NCBI RefSeq assembly: GCF_000737315.1
Contig: NZ_JMCB01000008.1
Location: forward strand, 144,001-268,000
Reading direction: 5' to 3'
Source of the DNA: Hyalangium minutum
Lineage (GTDB): Bacteria; Myxococcota; Myxococcia; Myxococcales; Myxococcaceae
DNA: 124,000 nucleotides
Every line of letters starts with the position of its first letter. Position 1 is the stretch's first letter. Under the pieces are notes generated by a model. It made no database searches, was not told the DNA's origin, and worked only from the letters and a program-made list of their open reading frames with translations. Position numbers and translations under genes: made by a program. This document shows, piece by piece, positions 97,864-107,980 of the stretch.

Positions 97864-98589
97864 TCAGGCGGAGGAAACTTCCTCGGCGATCGCGCGCGCG
97901 GCGGCCACGGGATCTGCCGCGGTGTGGACAGGTCGTCCCACCACCAGCAGATCCGCGCCCGCACGAATCGCAAAGGCGGGCGTCTCCGCGCGGGCCTGAT
98001 CTCCCTTCTCCGCGCCCGCGGGACGAATGCCCGGCGTGCACAGGAAGGGCGAGGGCCCCAGCAAGCGCCTGAGACCCTCGGCTTCGCGCGGCGAGCACAC
98101 CAGGCCATCCACGCCCGCCTTCACGGCCAGCTGCGCCAGCCGCTGCGCCGCCGCCTCGGGCGTTCCGGTGAACCCGATGGACGTCACATCCTCGGCCGAC
98201 AGCGACGTCAGCACCGTCACCGCGAGCACCTTGGGTGCCGCGTGGCCCTGCGCCTTGGCACCCTCGCGAGCCCCCTTCACGGCGGCCTTCAGCATGGCCT
98301 CGCCCCCAGCGGCGTGGACGGTGAGCAGCGCGACTCCCAGCGCTCCGGCGCGAGCCGCCGCCAGCTCCACGGTGTTGGGGATGTCATGCAGCTTCAAGTC
98401 CAGGAACACCCGCGCACCGAGCTTCTGGAACGCGGCCACCGCCGCAGGCCCGTGCTCCACGAAGAGCGAGAGCCCCACCTTGGCGTAGCCCACGTGCGGA
98501 GCCACCGTCGAGTACAGCGCGAGCCCCTGCTCCAGCGGCAGGTCCGCGGCGAGGGCGAGCCGCTCGCGCGCGGCCACGGCCTGGCTCAC
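97864..98589 (-). CDS. pyrF: Orotidine-5'-phosphate decarboxylase
   Basis: [12 protein letters not shown]; TPGIR; VVGRP. Confidence 0.97.
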   Translation of the reverse strand: MSQAVAARERLALAADLPLEQGLALYSTVAPHVGYAKVGLSLFVEHGPAAVAAFQKLGARVFLDLKLHDIPNTVELAAARAGALGVALLTVHAAGGEAMLKAAVKGAREGAKAQGHAAPKVLAVTVLTSLSAEDVTSIGFTGTPEAAAQRLAQLAVKAGVDGLVCSPREAEGLRRLLGPSPFLCTPGIRPAGAEKGDQARAETPAFAIRAGADLLVVGRPVHTAADPVAAARAIAEEVSSA

Positions 98590-99830
98590 GTCAATCCCTC
98601 CTGGAGGGCGCGGTACGTCATCGACAGCTGCTCTGCCAGAGCCTGCGGCAGCACGTTCTGCGCGGAGAACAGCGCATAGGAGACGAACGCATCGAGCGCC
98701 TCCAGCGTGAGCGCGCGAGAGAGCGCCTCGCCGCCACCGGCCACGTTGCGGCGGATCTGATCCACGTCCACGCGTCCATCCGGGCCGAGCTTCACACCGG
98801 AGTACGCCTCCTCCAGCCCTGGAGGGGGCGACTGGAGGAAGCTCTGGAACATGCTCACGTCCCGCCCCATCTCCTCGATGGCGCGGTACACCAGCGCGAG
98901 CAGCAGGTTGTAGCGCTCCTCGGGGCCGAGCAGCTCCGAGCCCACCATCTCCAGGCTCGGCGTGGGGCGCACCGGCGCGGGGGGCACCACGGGCTCGATG
99001 ACGAGCGAGCCGCCGCGGATGCGCTCCTCCATCCAGGTGAGGAAGGCGTGGATGCTGCCTTCGTAAGCCGAGCGCAGATCCTTCAGCGAGATGCCCGGCT
99101 TGGCCTTGTTGGCCAGCGACTCCTCGCCGGTCGGGAATCCCTCGGGGCCCACGCGCACGCGCACGTCCTCGGGGAACTGGCGGCGCAGCCGCGTCGTCGC
99201 CTCGCCGCGCTTGATGCCCTGGATGACCAAGTCTCGCGTGCGCTCGGGCAGCTTGACGACGTCGCTCAGCGGCGCCTGCGCTTCGAGGAAGAGGAAGGAG
99301 CCCTCCATCATCTCGAAGAGGTTCAGCACCACCTCGCGCACCAGGTACGTCATGGCGTTGTAGAGGTTGGCCTCGGAGACGATGCCCTCGGTGGTGAGCA
99401 CCTGTCCGATGCGGCGCGTGGGCGTCACCTGGGCAACGGCCAGCGTGAGCTGGTCCGAGGTGATGAGCCCCAACTGCACCAGCACCGCGCCCAGCCGCTC
99501 ATAGCGCTCGGTGGAGGTGGCGAACACCACCTGCCCATCCCGGAACGTCACCGTGCGGCGCAGCTGGTTGTGCTGGACAATCAGCTGCCCGCTGCGGATG
99601 CCGGACAAGACGTAGGAGAAGACATCCTCCATGAAGAGAGAGCCGAGGTTGCCGGCGAAGAAGCCGATCAGATCCGGCGGCTCTCTCAGGAGGATCATCC
99701 CCTCGGGCGAATGGAAGTGCGCCGAGAAGGGACGGGTGGGCGATAGGCCCATGGTGAGCGGCCGCTCGAGTTCGAGAGCCGCCGTCTCACCGGTGATGCG
99801 GGGAGTGGCTTTGGGACGTGGAGGTGCCAC
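98586..99830 (-). CDS. DUF4388 domain protein
   Basis: SG.L.V......[10 protein letters not shown]; RLGAVLV; GSFLF. Confidence 0.85.
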   Translation of the reverse strand: MAPPRPKATPRITGETAALELERPLTMGLSPTRPFSAHFHSPEGMILLREPPDLIGFFAGNLGSLFMEDVFSYVLSGIRSGQLIVQHNQLRRTVTFRDGQVVFATSTERYERLGAVLVQLGLITSDQLTLAVAQVTPTRRIGQVLTTEGIVSEANLYNAMTYLVREVVLNLFEMMEGSFLFLEAQAPLSDVVKLPERTRDLVIQGIKRGEATTRLRRQFPEDVRVRVGPEGFPTGEESLANKAKPGISLKDLRSAYEGSIHAFLTWMEERIRGGSLVIEPVVPPAPVRPTPSLEMVGSELLGPEERYNLLLALVYRAIEEMGRDVSMFQSFLQSPPPGLEEAYSGVKLGPDGRVDVDQIRRNVAGGGEALSRALTLEALDAFVSYALFSAQNVLPQALAEQLSMTYRALQEGLT

Positions 99831-99839
99831 GTGCCCAGT

Positions 99840-100928
99840 CTACTTCTTCTTGCTCAACTCCGCGTCGATGATGCTCTTGAATTCCTCGGCCGGCACCGCG
99901 CCCGACAGGACCACCCCGTTGATGAAGAAGGCTGGGGTGCCGCTGACCCCGGCCTTCTCACCGGCCGACATGTCCTTCTTCACGAGCTCGGCCTTCTTGC
100001 CGGAGTCCAGGCACTCGTTGAAGCGGGCGGTGTCCAGGCCCAGGTCCGCGGCGTGCTTCTTCAGGTCGTCCACCTTGAGGGCGCCCTGATTGGCGAACAG
100101 CTTGTCGTGGTACTCCCAGAACTTCTTCTGGTCATCGGCGCACGCGGCGGCCTCGGCGGCCTTCGGGGCGTCCTGGTGGAAGCTCAGCGGGAAGTGGCGG
100201 AACACCAGGCGCACCTTGTCGCCGTACTGCTTCACCACCTCGTCCACGGTGACCTTGGCGCGGCTGCAGAACGGGCACTGGAAGTCGCTGAACTCGACGA
100301 TCGTGATGGGGGCGTTGTCCGGGCCCTTGGCCGGGCCGGTGGCCTCCACCTGGATGCGCTTCTCCGGCAGGAGGACCTTCACGTCCGCCTTGGACTTCAG
100401 GTCATTGAACAGCGCCTGCGCCTTCTCGCGCTTGCCCTGCTCGCCCAGCATCTTGACGATCTCGGGCTTGACCTGCTCCAGCGTCACCTCTGCGGGCAGC
100501 TGGCCGGCGGCCTTGGCCTGGTCGTAGATCTTCTGGATCTCCGCGTCGCTCGGCTGGGCGGACTTGTCCTCCACCTCGGCCTTGAGCAGCGCGTCCTCGT
100601 TGGGCAGGCCGCGCTTCTTGGCCTCGGCCTGAACGAGCTTCTCGATGATGTAGCCATCCAGGCCGCGCTTGAGCAGGTCCTGCTTGCGCTTGTCGAGGTC
100701 CGCCAGCGGCGCGCCAATGCGGCCGGTCAGCTCGCCGTAGGTGACCTTCTGCTCGGCGCCGTCCACCTTGTAGGTGCCGACGACGGCGTCCGGGGCGAGC
100801 TCACACTGGCCGCCCGAGGCGGAAGCGGTGGCGGGGTTGGCCGCGGGAGACGTCTGCTTGTTGCAGCCGACGGCAAAGGAGGCCGCGAGCACCGCGGCCA
100901 GAAGAATACGGGAGGAGCGCTTGGACAT
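99840..100928 (-). CDS. DsbA/thioredoxin-domain lipoprotein
   Basis: EFSDFQCPFC; GVSGTP; AVGC lipobox. Confidence 0.92.
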   Translation of the reverse strand: MSKRSSRILLAAVLAASFAVGCNKQTSPAANPATASASGGQCELAPDAVVGTYKVDGAEQKVTYGELTGRIGAPLADLDKRKQDLLKRGLDGYIIEKLVQAEAKKRGLPNEDALLKAEVEDKSAQPSDAEIQKIYDQAKAAGQLPAEVTLEQVKPEIVKMLGEQGKREKAQALFNDLKSKADVKVLLPEKRIQVEATGPAKGPDNAPITIVEFSDFQCPFCSRAKVTVDEVVKQYGDKVRLVFRHFPLSFHQDAPKAAEAAACADDQKKFWEYHDKLFANQGALKVDDLKKHAADLGLDTARFNECLDSGKKAELVKKDMSAGEKAGVSGTPAFFINGVVLSGAVPAEEFKSIIDAELSKKK

Positions 100929-100982
100929 GGGTCCGGCGTCTTAATCGAGGTCTCCCGTGCCTCGCAAAAGAAACTTCCGGCT

Positions 100983-101927
100983 TCAGGCGACCAGCGGCTC
101001 CAGATCCATGCCACCCGACAGCTCGGGCAAGCGCACTTCGGGCCGCTCTGTGTCCACCGGACGACCCTGCACCAGCTCGTAGCAGCTCGGATCGGACAGC
101101 ACTTTCTGCACCAGCTTGTGGTTGAGCGCGTGGCCCGTCTTGAAGACCTTCAGGTGGCCAATGACCGGGCGCCCGAACAGGGACACGTCGCCCACGGCGT
101201 CGAGAATCTTGTGCCGGACGAACTCATCCGGGAAGCGCAGCCCCTCGGGGTTGAGGATGGTGGACTCGTCCACGACGATGGCGTTGTCCAGCGAGCCACC
101301 GCGCGCCAGGCCGTGCTTCTTGAGCATCTCCACGTCCCGCAGGAAGCCGAAGGTGCGCGCGCGCGAAATCTCACCGGCGAAGCCCCGCTCGCTCACCTCC
101401 ACCTCGAAGGACTGGCAGGAGATCATCGGGTGCTTGAAGTCGATGGAGCAGCTGATCCGGAAGCGGCGGGCCGGAGACAGCGTGGCCTCCTTGTCACCCT
101501 CCACCACCGTGACGGGCTTGTTGATGACCAGGTAGAGGCGCTGCTCCTCCAGCTCGCGCACGCCCACGCTGGTGATCATCTGCACGAAGTGCTCGGCGCT
101601 GCCGTCCATGACGGGCACCTCGGGACCATCCAGCTCCACGCGCACGTTGTCGATGCCCAGCCCGGCCAGCGCCGACAGCAGGTGCTCCACCGTGCCCACC
101701 TTCACCCCGTCCTTACCCAAGGTGGTGGCCATGGAGGTGTCCACCACGTACTGCGAGAGGGCCGGGATGGCCACCTGGGCTGCTGTGTCCGTGCGGACGA
101801 AGACGATGCCGTGGTGGGCCGGAGCAGGCCACAGGGTGAGGTTTACCATCGCGCCAGAGTGGAGCCCCACCCCCTTGCAGGACACGGGCTCGGAGATGGT
101901 GCGCTGATGGTCGGGAAACACAGGCAT
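100983..101927 (-). CDS. lpxC: UDP-3-O-acyl-GlcNAc deacetylase
   Basis: GVGLHSG; TVEHLLSAL; HKILDAVGD. Confidence 0.97.
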   Translation of the reverse strand: MPVFPDHQRTISEPVSCKGVGLHSGAMVNLTLWPAPAHHGIVFVRTDTAAQVAIPALSQYVVDTSMATTLGKDGVKVGTVEHLLSALAGLGIDNVRVELDGPEVPVMDGSAEHFVQMITSVGVRELEEQRLYLVINKPVTVVEGDKEATLSPARRFRISCSIDFKHPMISCQSFEVEVSERGFAGEISRARTFGFLRDVEMLKKHGLARGGSLDNAIVVDESTILNPEGLRFPDEFVRHKILDAVGDVSLFGRPVIGHLKVFKTGHALNHKLVQKVLSDPSCYELVQGRPVDTERPEVRLPELSGGMDLEPLVA

Positions 101928-102035
101928 TGCCGTATCGCCTCTCTTACTGCTTCGGTCCGGCAGGTGTTGCCGAAGGGGCCCTCCGGATCAGGCCCGAATC
102001 GTTCACTTCTGGATCTGGGACAGCCCTCAGAGATG

Positions 102036-102051
102036 AGCAAACCCTATGCCA
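102036..102051 (-). promoter_or_regulatory. Sigma54 promoter upstream of lpxC
   Basis: Minus strand TGGCAT-AGGG-TTTGCT matches -24/-12 consensus. Confidence 0.65.
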
Positions 102052-102324
102052 CTGACTTGGAAACCTGTCCGGTCGGACGGACAGGCCCACTGCCTGATAT
102101 CCCTTTGAAATGACTGGGCTTTTTTCCGGCACTGGCGTCAGGACCGCGCTCCTGTAGGGCTTTCCCCCCTCAATTGGCTGGGTCTCTTCGACATCACCGT
102201 GACATCTGTGTCCGAGATCCATCACAAACTGGCGGGTCCATAACGCAGGCAACCGCCCGGAAGCAAACACTCCTCAGGCAGAGGCCTCAGCGAGGGCCGA
102301 CCCTGTAAAATCAGCAGTGGGAGC

Positions 102325-103809
102325 TCAACGGTGCGCAGGCGCCAAGAAGCGGTCCCGGAGGGCCTCGGCTTCTTTGCGGTCAAACGTTCGCCCCTGGAGA
102401 AGCACCCGGCGGCTCACGGAGGTGAAGGTGCTCTCCAGCGTGGGCGTGAAGAGGCGCAAGTCTTCAGCCAGCCGGTGGCGGATGCCGGGGCCCTCGGGCG
102501 GCCAGGGCAGCTCCAGCAGGAGCCCGGTAAAGCGATCGAAGGGCTCGTAGTCCGAGTAGCGGAGCAGCTGGTAGCTCCCGTCCTGGAAGTAGCTCAGGAA
102601 GGACTTGAGGGATGACAGGGCGGCCTCCGCGGCCGGCACGTCCTCCGAGTGCATGGCCGTCTCCGTGGCCCGGCACAGCTGGCCGAAGACCCACAGGTCC
102701 TTGCGCAGCCGCTGGGCCATGGCCTCCTGGGAGACGAGCTGGGCGAAGGTGTCCTCTGCGGTGGCGGCGCCCGGCGCGAGCGCCTCCACGAGCGCGACAA
102801 TCTGAGCGCGGAAGAGCGCGGTGAAGGCGGCGGCGGCCTTCATGGAGGGGCCCGTCTCGGCGTCCTCCTGCGCGGGGAGCACCTCGCGGGCGATGCGGTT
102901 GGTCTCCTTGGCGATGTCGCGGGCGGCGCGCAGGCCGGCGGCCTTGAGGCGCTTGGGGCCTACCTGCATGGCCAGCTCGTGGCGGAGGTAACCCACCAGG
103001 CTCACCGCCTCACTGCGCACCAGCGCGAGCACCACGCGCACGCGCCGGGGCGGGGCCTCGTCTCCCTCCTGAGCCACATAGGAGAGGTAGTGGAGCAGCC
103101 GGAACAGCGCGAGGAAGGCGGTGGAGAAGCCGGGGCGGACGTCCGCGGGCTGGCTGGCGAGCAGGTCCAACACCCGCACCGAGCGCAGCCGGTCGTACTC
103201 GATGCGGAACTCCAGCGACCGGAAGGGGCGGAAGTAGCGGTTGAGGACGATCTCCCGCAGGGCCAGGTTGCCCACGTCCGTGAAGAGGTTGAGGCTGCAC
103301 ACGGGCAGCTTGAGCAGGTGATCGATCAGGTTGCGCAGGGCCTCGAAGGCCTCGCGCAGCACGAAGAGGCTCTCCTGGGGCGTCTCCTGGACGAGCTCTT
103401 CCTCGATGAAGGCGCTGCGGACCCGGTCATCGGCCAGCTGGCTCTCCACGTACTTGCGGAAGACGCGCTTGGAGTCCGAGTCCGGATCCAACAGCCGGCG
103501 GCCGATGCGGATGGCGCGGTGGATGGCGTCGCGGACGTCCTCGAGCTCCTCGTGGAAGTCCCGGGTGACGAGGGGGCGCTCGTGGGCATCCACCACCGAG
103601 TTGTGCAGGTGGAAGTAGCGCTCCACCCCGCGCAGGAGCATCTCGAACTCGAAGAGCTGCTCCTCGCGGCCCTCGATGGTGACACTGCGCAGCCAGCGCT
103701 CGCGCTCGGCGAGCATGATGGCCCGCGAGCCTTGGGTGGTGCTCATCAGGTCCGCGTAGAAGTCGCGGGCGGCCGTCGAGGCATCTCCCTGGGCGCGTGC
103801 CTGGCTCAT
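102325..103809 (-). CDS. All-helical hypothetical protein downstream of ruvB
   Basis: 494 aa with typical GC3 codon bias; 14-nt gap to ruvB. Confidence 0.8.
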   Translation of the reverse strand: MSQARAQGDASTAARDFYADLMSTTQGSRAIMLAERERWLRSVTIEGREEQLFEFEMLLRGVERYFHLHNSVVDAHERPLVTRDFHEELEDVRDAIHRAIRIGRRLLDPDSDSKRVFRKYVESQLADDRVRSAFIEEELVQETPQESLFVLREAFEALRNLIDHLLKLPVCSLNLFTDVGNLALREIVLNRYFRPFRSLEFRIEYDRLRSVRVLDLLASQPADVRPGFSTAFLALFRLLHYLSYVAQEGDEAPPRRVRVVLALVRSEAVSLVGYLRHELAMQVGPKRLKAAGLRAARDIAKETNRIAREVLPAQEDAETGPSMKAAAAFTALFRAQIVALVEALAPGAATAEDTFAQLVSQEAMAQRLRKDLWVFGQLCRATETAMHSEDVPAAEAALSSLKSFLSYFQDGSYQLLRYSDYEPFDRFTGLLLELPWPPEGPGIRHRLAEDLRLFTPTLESTFTSVSRRVLLQGRTFDRKEAEALRDRFLAPAHR

Positions 103810-103823
103810 CGGCGGAGTTCCTA

Positions 103824-104858
103824 TCAGAAGAGGGCGCCCTGGGGTGAAGCGGGCGGCGGCGTCTTCTTGAAATAGCTGTAGGCCCGATGCGTCGCCGTCC
103901 GGCCCCGAGGGGTGCGCTGGAGGAAACCTTCTTGGAGCAGAAAGGGCTCGTACACGTCCTCGATGGTGTCTCGCTGCTCGCCCACACTGGCAGCGATGGT
104001 CTCCACCCCCACCGGCCCCCCACCGAACTTCTCGATGATGGTGAGCAGAATCTTCCGGTCCATGGAGTCCAGGCCGCTGGCGTCCACGCCGAGCCTGTCG
104101 AGCGAGGACCGGGCCAGCTCCAGGGAGATGGTGCCCTCGCCCTCGACCTGGGCGAAGTCGCGCAGGCGGCGCAACAGCCGGTTGGCGATGCGCGGGGTGC
104201 CTCGGGAGCGGGTGGAGATCTCCTTGCTGGCGTCCTTGTCCATCGGGATGCCGAGGATGCGCGCCGAGCGGTTGAGGATGAGCTCCAGGTGCTTGGGCTC
104301 GTAGTACTCGAGGCGCTCCTGAATCTGGAAGCGGTCGCGGAGCGGCGAGGTGAGCAGGCCCGTGCGGGTGGTGGCGCCGATGAGGGTGAAGGGCGGCAGG
104401 TCGATCTTCATCGCGCGGGCGGCGGGGCCCGTGTCGATGGTGATGTCCAGCCGGAAGTCCTCCATGGCCGGGTAGAGGTACTCCTCGATGGCGGCGTTGA
104501 GGCGGTGGATCTCGTCGATGAAGAGGACGTCGCGCTCGTTGAGGTTGGTGAGCAACCCGGCCAGGTCGCCCTTGCGCTCCAGGGCGGGGCCGCTGGTGAC
104601 GTGGATGCCCACGCCGAGCTCGGAGGCAATGATGTGGGCCAGCGACGTCTTGCCCAGGCCCGGGGGCCCGGAGAACAGACAGTGGTCGAGCGCGTCGCCG
104701 CGGCTGCTGGCCGCGAGCACGTAGACTTTGAGCTTCTCGAGGACCTGGGACTGGCCCACGTACTCGTCGAAGGTGCGCGGCCGGAGCGAGACTTCCAGGC
104801 GGACATCGTCCCCCTGGACTTCCCCGGACAGCGTCTCGGACTTGCGCTTCGTAGCCAT
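103824..104858 (-). CDS. ruvB: Holliday junction helicase RuvB
   Basis: [12 protein letters not shown]; GPPGLGKT; IDEIHR; GATTR. Confidence 0.98.
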   Translation of the reverse strand: MATKRKSETLSGEVQGDDVRLEVSLRPRTFDEYVGQSQVLEKLKVYVLAASSRGDALDHCLFSGPPGLGKTSLAHIIASELGVGIHVTSGPALERKGDLAGLLTNLNERDVLFIDEIHRLNAAIEEYLYPAMEDFRLDITIDTGPAARAMKIDLPPFTLIGATTRTGLLTSPLRDRFQIQERLEYYEPKHLELILNRSARILGIPMDKDASKEISTRSRGTPRIANRLLRRLRDFAQVEGEGTISLELARSSLDRLGVDASGLDSMDRKILLTIIEKFGGGPVGVETIAASVGEQRDTIEDVYEPFLLQEGFLQRTPRGRTATHRAYSYFKKTPPPASPQGALF

Positions 104859-104961
104859 GGCGGTGTTCACCCTACCAAGAACGGCGTGTGTGTCGCGGTC
104901 CATCTCCTGGCGGCGCTAGACTCGCGCGCCTTGATGGCCGGTGGGCCAGGGGGCGCGCAAA

Positions 104962-106200
104962 GTGAAGGGTCTCGTCTTCGATCTCTCCATCCCCAAGTAC
105001 GTGCTCGCCAAGGGGATCGGCGGGCTGTACCCGAAGATTCACTACGGACCGGGGAGCTGCCTGTCCCTGAGAGAGCTGCCCTCCCCCACTCCGCCCGGCC
105101 CCGAGTGGGTCCGGCTGAAGCCGCTGCTGGCCGGGCTGTGCGGCTCGGACATGGCCACGTTCTTCTTCAAGGCCAGTCCGCAGTTGGAGCCCTTCAATAG
105201 CTTCCCGGCGGTGCTGGGGCACGAGATCCTCGCCGAGGTGGCGGCGGTGGGCCCGGAGACACGGGGAGTCACAGTGGGGCAGCGCGTGGCGGTGAACCCG
105301 CTGCTGCCGTGCCGGCTGCGAGGCATCCAGCCGCCGTGCAAGCCATGCGCGTCGGGGCAGGAGAACGGGTGCGAGCACACGGCCGAGGGCTGCCTGGCGG
105401 CCGGGCAAATGCTCGGCTACCAGAAGGATCTGCCGGGGGGCATGGGCACGGAGATGGTGGCGCACCCGTCGCAGCTCCACGCCGTGCCGGATCGGGTGTC
105501 GAACAAGGCGGGCGTGTTGGTGGAGCCGCTGGCGGTGAGTCTGCATGCGGTGCTCAAGGCGGGGCTCCGGGATGAGGACCGGGTGCTGGTGATTGGCGGT
105601 GGGCCCGTGGCCTTCGCGGCGCTGTGGGCCATCCGAGCACTGGGGCACCGGAGCCATGTGACGCTGCTGGCGACGGAGGAGTACCAGCTGAAGCTCGCCC
105701 GGCAGCTGGGGGCGGATGAGGCGCTGCGGGTGAAGGATGACGCGGGGGAGGCCGAGGAGGTGGCGCGGCTGACGGGGGCGAAGGTCTACAAGCCCGTGAT
105801 TGGACCGCCTGCGCTGTCAGGAGGCTTCGAGGTGACGATCGACTGCATCGGCAGCGCAGGATCGGTGCAGGACTCGTTGAGGTACACGCGGGCACTGGGG
105901 CGGGTGGTGCTGGTGGGGGCGGCGGGGATTTTGGAGCGGGTGGACTGGACCACTGTGTGGAGGAATGAACTGACGCTGCTCGGTTCGTACGTGTACGGGC
106001 CGGAAAGCTTCCGGGGCGAGCGCAAGCACACCTTCGATCTGGTACTGGAGCTGTTGGCCCGCCGGGAGGGACCGGACCCATCCGTGCTCGTGACACACAC
106101 CTTCCCGCTCTCGCGGTATCGAGAGGCCATCGAGGCAAACCTGGCGCGAGGGCGCTACCACTCTGTGAAGACGGCATTCGACCTGACGGTGACCGCATGA
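104962..106200 (+). CDS. Zinc-dependent alcohol dehydrogenase family
   Basis: GLCGSD; LGHE; C-x-x-C...C; IGGGPV; GTG start. Confidence 0.9.
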   Translation: MKGLVFDLSIPKYVLAKGIGGLYPKIHYGPGSCLSLRELPSPTPPGPEWVRLKPLLAGLCGSDMATFFFKASPQLEPFNSFPAVLGHEILAEVAAVGPETRGVTVGQRVAVNPLLPCRLRGIQPPCKPCASGQENGCEHTAEGCLAAGQMLGYQKDLPGGMGTEMVAHPSQLHAVPDRVSNKAGVLVEPLAVSLHAVLKAGLRDEDRVLVIGGGPVAFAALWAIRALGHRSHVTLLATEEYQLKLARQLGADEALRVKDDAGEAEEVARLTGAKVYKPVIGPPALSGGFEVTIDCIGSAGSVQDSLRYTRALGRVVLVGAAGILERVDWTTVWRNELTLLGSYVYGPESFRGERKHTFDLVLELLARREGPDPSVLVTHTFPLSRYREAIEANLARGRYHSVKTAFDLTVTA

Positions 106201-107270
106201 CTCCGAGCTTTCGTCCCCTTCCCTCCCTGACCGCGGCCCGTGCCGAGCAGGTGCCGGGACTCCGCCTCACGCAGCTCCGCCGCGCCGCGCAGGAGGCGCG
106301 CGAGGCGTTCGTCGCCGGTGGACCGGTGACGGCGGTAGCCACGTGCGATTTGATTACGTTCCCGTACCCGGCGCAGTTCGCATTCAGCGGGGCGGCGCTG
106401 TCTCCGGCGCCGTACGTGATGATGAAGAACCGGATGCAGGTGGTGCAGTTCCTGGAGGACGGGGAGCTGCGCACGCTGCTGTTCAACCCGAGCGACTACG
106501 AGCGCGGGATGGCGGCGCCGTTCTTCCGGGGCCTGCGCGAGAAGTACGGGCACTTCGTCTCGGACAAGGTGATGTCCACTCGGCACGGGACGGTGCAGAG
106601 CCACCTGGCGGCACTGGGGCTGAAGCCGGAGGACGTGGACTACATCGCGTTCGACCACCTGCACGTGCAGGACGTGCGCGGATGGCTGGGGGGCGAGGGC
106701 GCGTCGGCATACTTCCCTCGGGCGAAGCTGCTGGTGCAGCAGGCCGAGTGGCTGGGCGCGAAGAACCTGCACCCGATGCAGGCAGCCTGGTACGTGCCGA
106801 ACGGCACGGCGGGAGTGCCCGAAGAGCGGGTGGTGCTGCTGGACGGGGATGCGTGGCTGGGGCCGGGGGTGGCGATTCTTTCCACGCCAGGACACACGCT
106901 GGGGAACATGTCGCTGGCGGTGGCCACGGACCGCGATGTGTTCGTGGTGAGTGAGAACGGCGTGGCGACGGAGAGCTACACGCCGCTGCAGTCGGGGATT
107001 CCGGGAGTACGGACCTTCGCCGAGCACATGGGCATGGAGGTGGTGCTCAACGGCAACACGCGCGAGCACTCGCTGGACCAATACTCGTCAATGGTGGTGG
107101 AGAAGCTGTTCGCGGGGCCGTCTCCGGTGGACGGGGCCTACGTGAACTTCCACCCGTCCTCACTGCTCACGGGTTCCATGCTGGCCCCGGGGTTGTCACC
107201 CACGGTGGTGCTACCGGCGCCGAACTTCGGGGACGTGCGCCCGCCCGCTGCTGCGCGCCAGGCAGCCTGA
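106197..107270 (+). CDS. Metallo-beta-lactamase-fold hypothetical protein
   Basis: FDHLHVQD; STPGHTLGN; ATGA overlap. Confidence 0.8.
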   Translation: MTPSFRPLPSLTAARAEQVPGLRLTQLRRAAQEAREAFVAGGPVTAVATCDLITFPYPAQFAFSGAALSPAPYVMMKNRMQVVQFLEDGELRTLLFNPSDYERGMAAPFFRGLREKYGHFVSDKVMSTRHGTVQSHLAALGLKPEDVDYIAFDHLHVQDVRGWLGGEGASAYFPRAKLLVQQAEWLGAKNLHPMQAAWYVPNGTAGVPEERVVLLDGDAWLGPGVAILSTPGHTLGNMSLAVATDRDVFVVSENGVATESYTPLQSGIPGVRTFAEHMGMEVVLNGNTREHSLDQYSSMVVEKLFAGPSPVDGAYVNFHPSSLLTGSMLAPGLSPTVVLPAPNFGDVRPPAAARQAA

Positions 107271-107722
107271 GCAACGGGGCCACTGGCATCCACAGCTCAC
107301 GGAGGTCGCGAGGCCAGGACTTTTGCCACCCACTGACGAGTGTCTTCCGCCGAAGCGGCATTCTCCTGGTACATCCATGAATCAAACCTTCCCGTGCTGA
107401 TCATGTCGCAGAGTGCAGAATCGGCAGAGAGAAGTTCCGGGACGTCTCAGGGGAAAGCAACAGAAGGCACTTGCCGCGTCTTGAAATCTGGGAGGGCCAG
107501 CAGTCCCCAAGTCAGCGCTCTCCACCCAGGATTCATGCGCATGTGCGTCCGCCCCGTGATGCGAGCGGTGCTGGTTTTGTATGGTGTGGCTTCTGCCTAC
107601 TCTAGCGCGCACCAGCCCTGAACGTGCCGTCCTCGTTACTACCAAACCCTTGAAAAGACTGGGCCTGCTCCCATGCCTCAGTGCGAACCCGTGCGCTCTG
107701 GCCCTCCGCCTCGTTCGCCGGA

Positions 107723-107847
107723 GCTAACCAGTTAGCTCTGAACCTCGGGCCCGCTCGTCACTGCCAACCGGTTGGCACTGTCCCTCCGCCCCGTTCGTCA
107801 CTGCCAACCAGTTGGCTCTGTCCCTCTCCCACTGCCGATGGGTTGGC
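107723..107847. repeat. Array of palindromic GC(C/T)AACC(A/G)GTT(A/G)GC boxes with 40-bp period
   Basis: Cores at 107723, 107763, 107803 plus a degenerate one at 107834. Confidence 0.8.
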
Positions 107848-107980
107848 CCTGGCACCTCCTGGATGCTCTCACTGCTGCCAAATGCCTGAAGGCGTTCCAC
107901 CTCCTAGGTTGTTTCAAGGGAGACTACCTGTCTGGTCTTCTTTCCCGCCCGGAGGTACCTTCTTGGGAACTTCCCACGCC

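Noticed and set aside
107723-107847. Possible mini-CRISPR
   Set aside because: Only 3-4 units, the inter-core sequences resemble each other rather than being unique spacers, and no cas genes are present.
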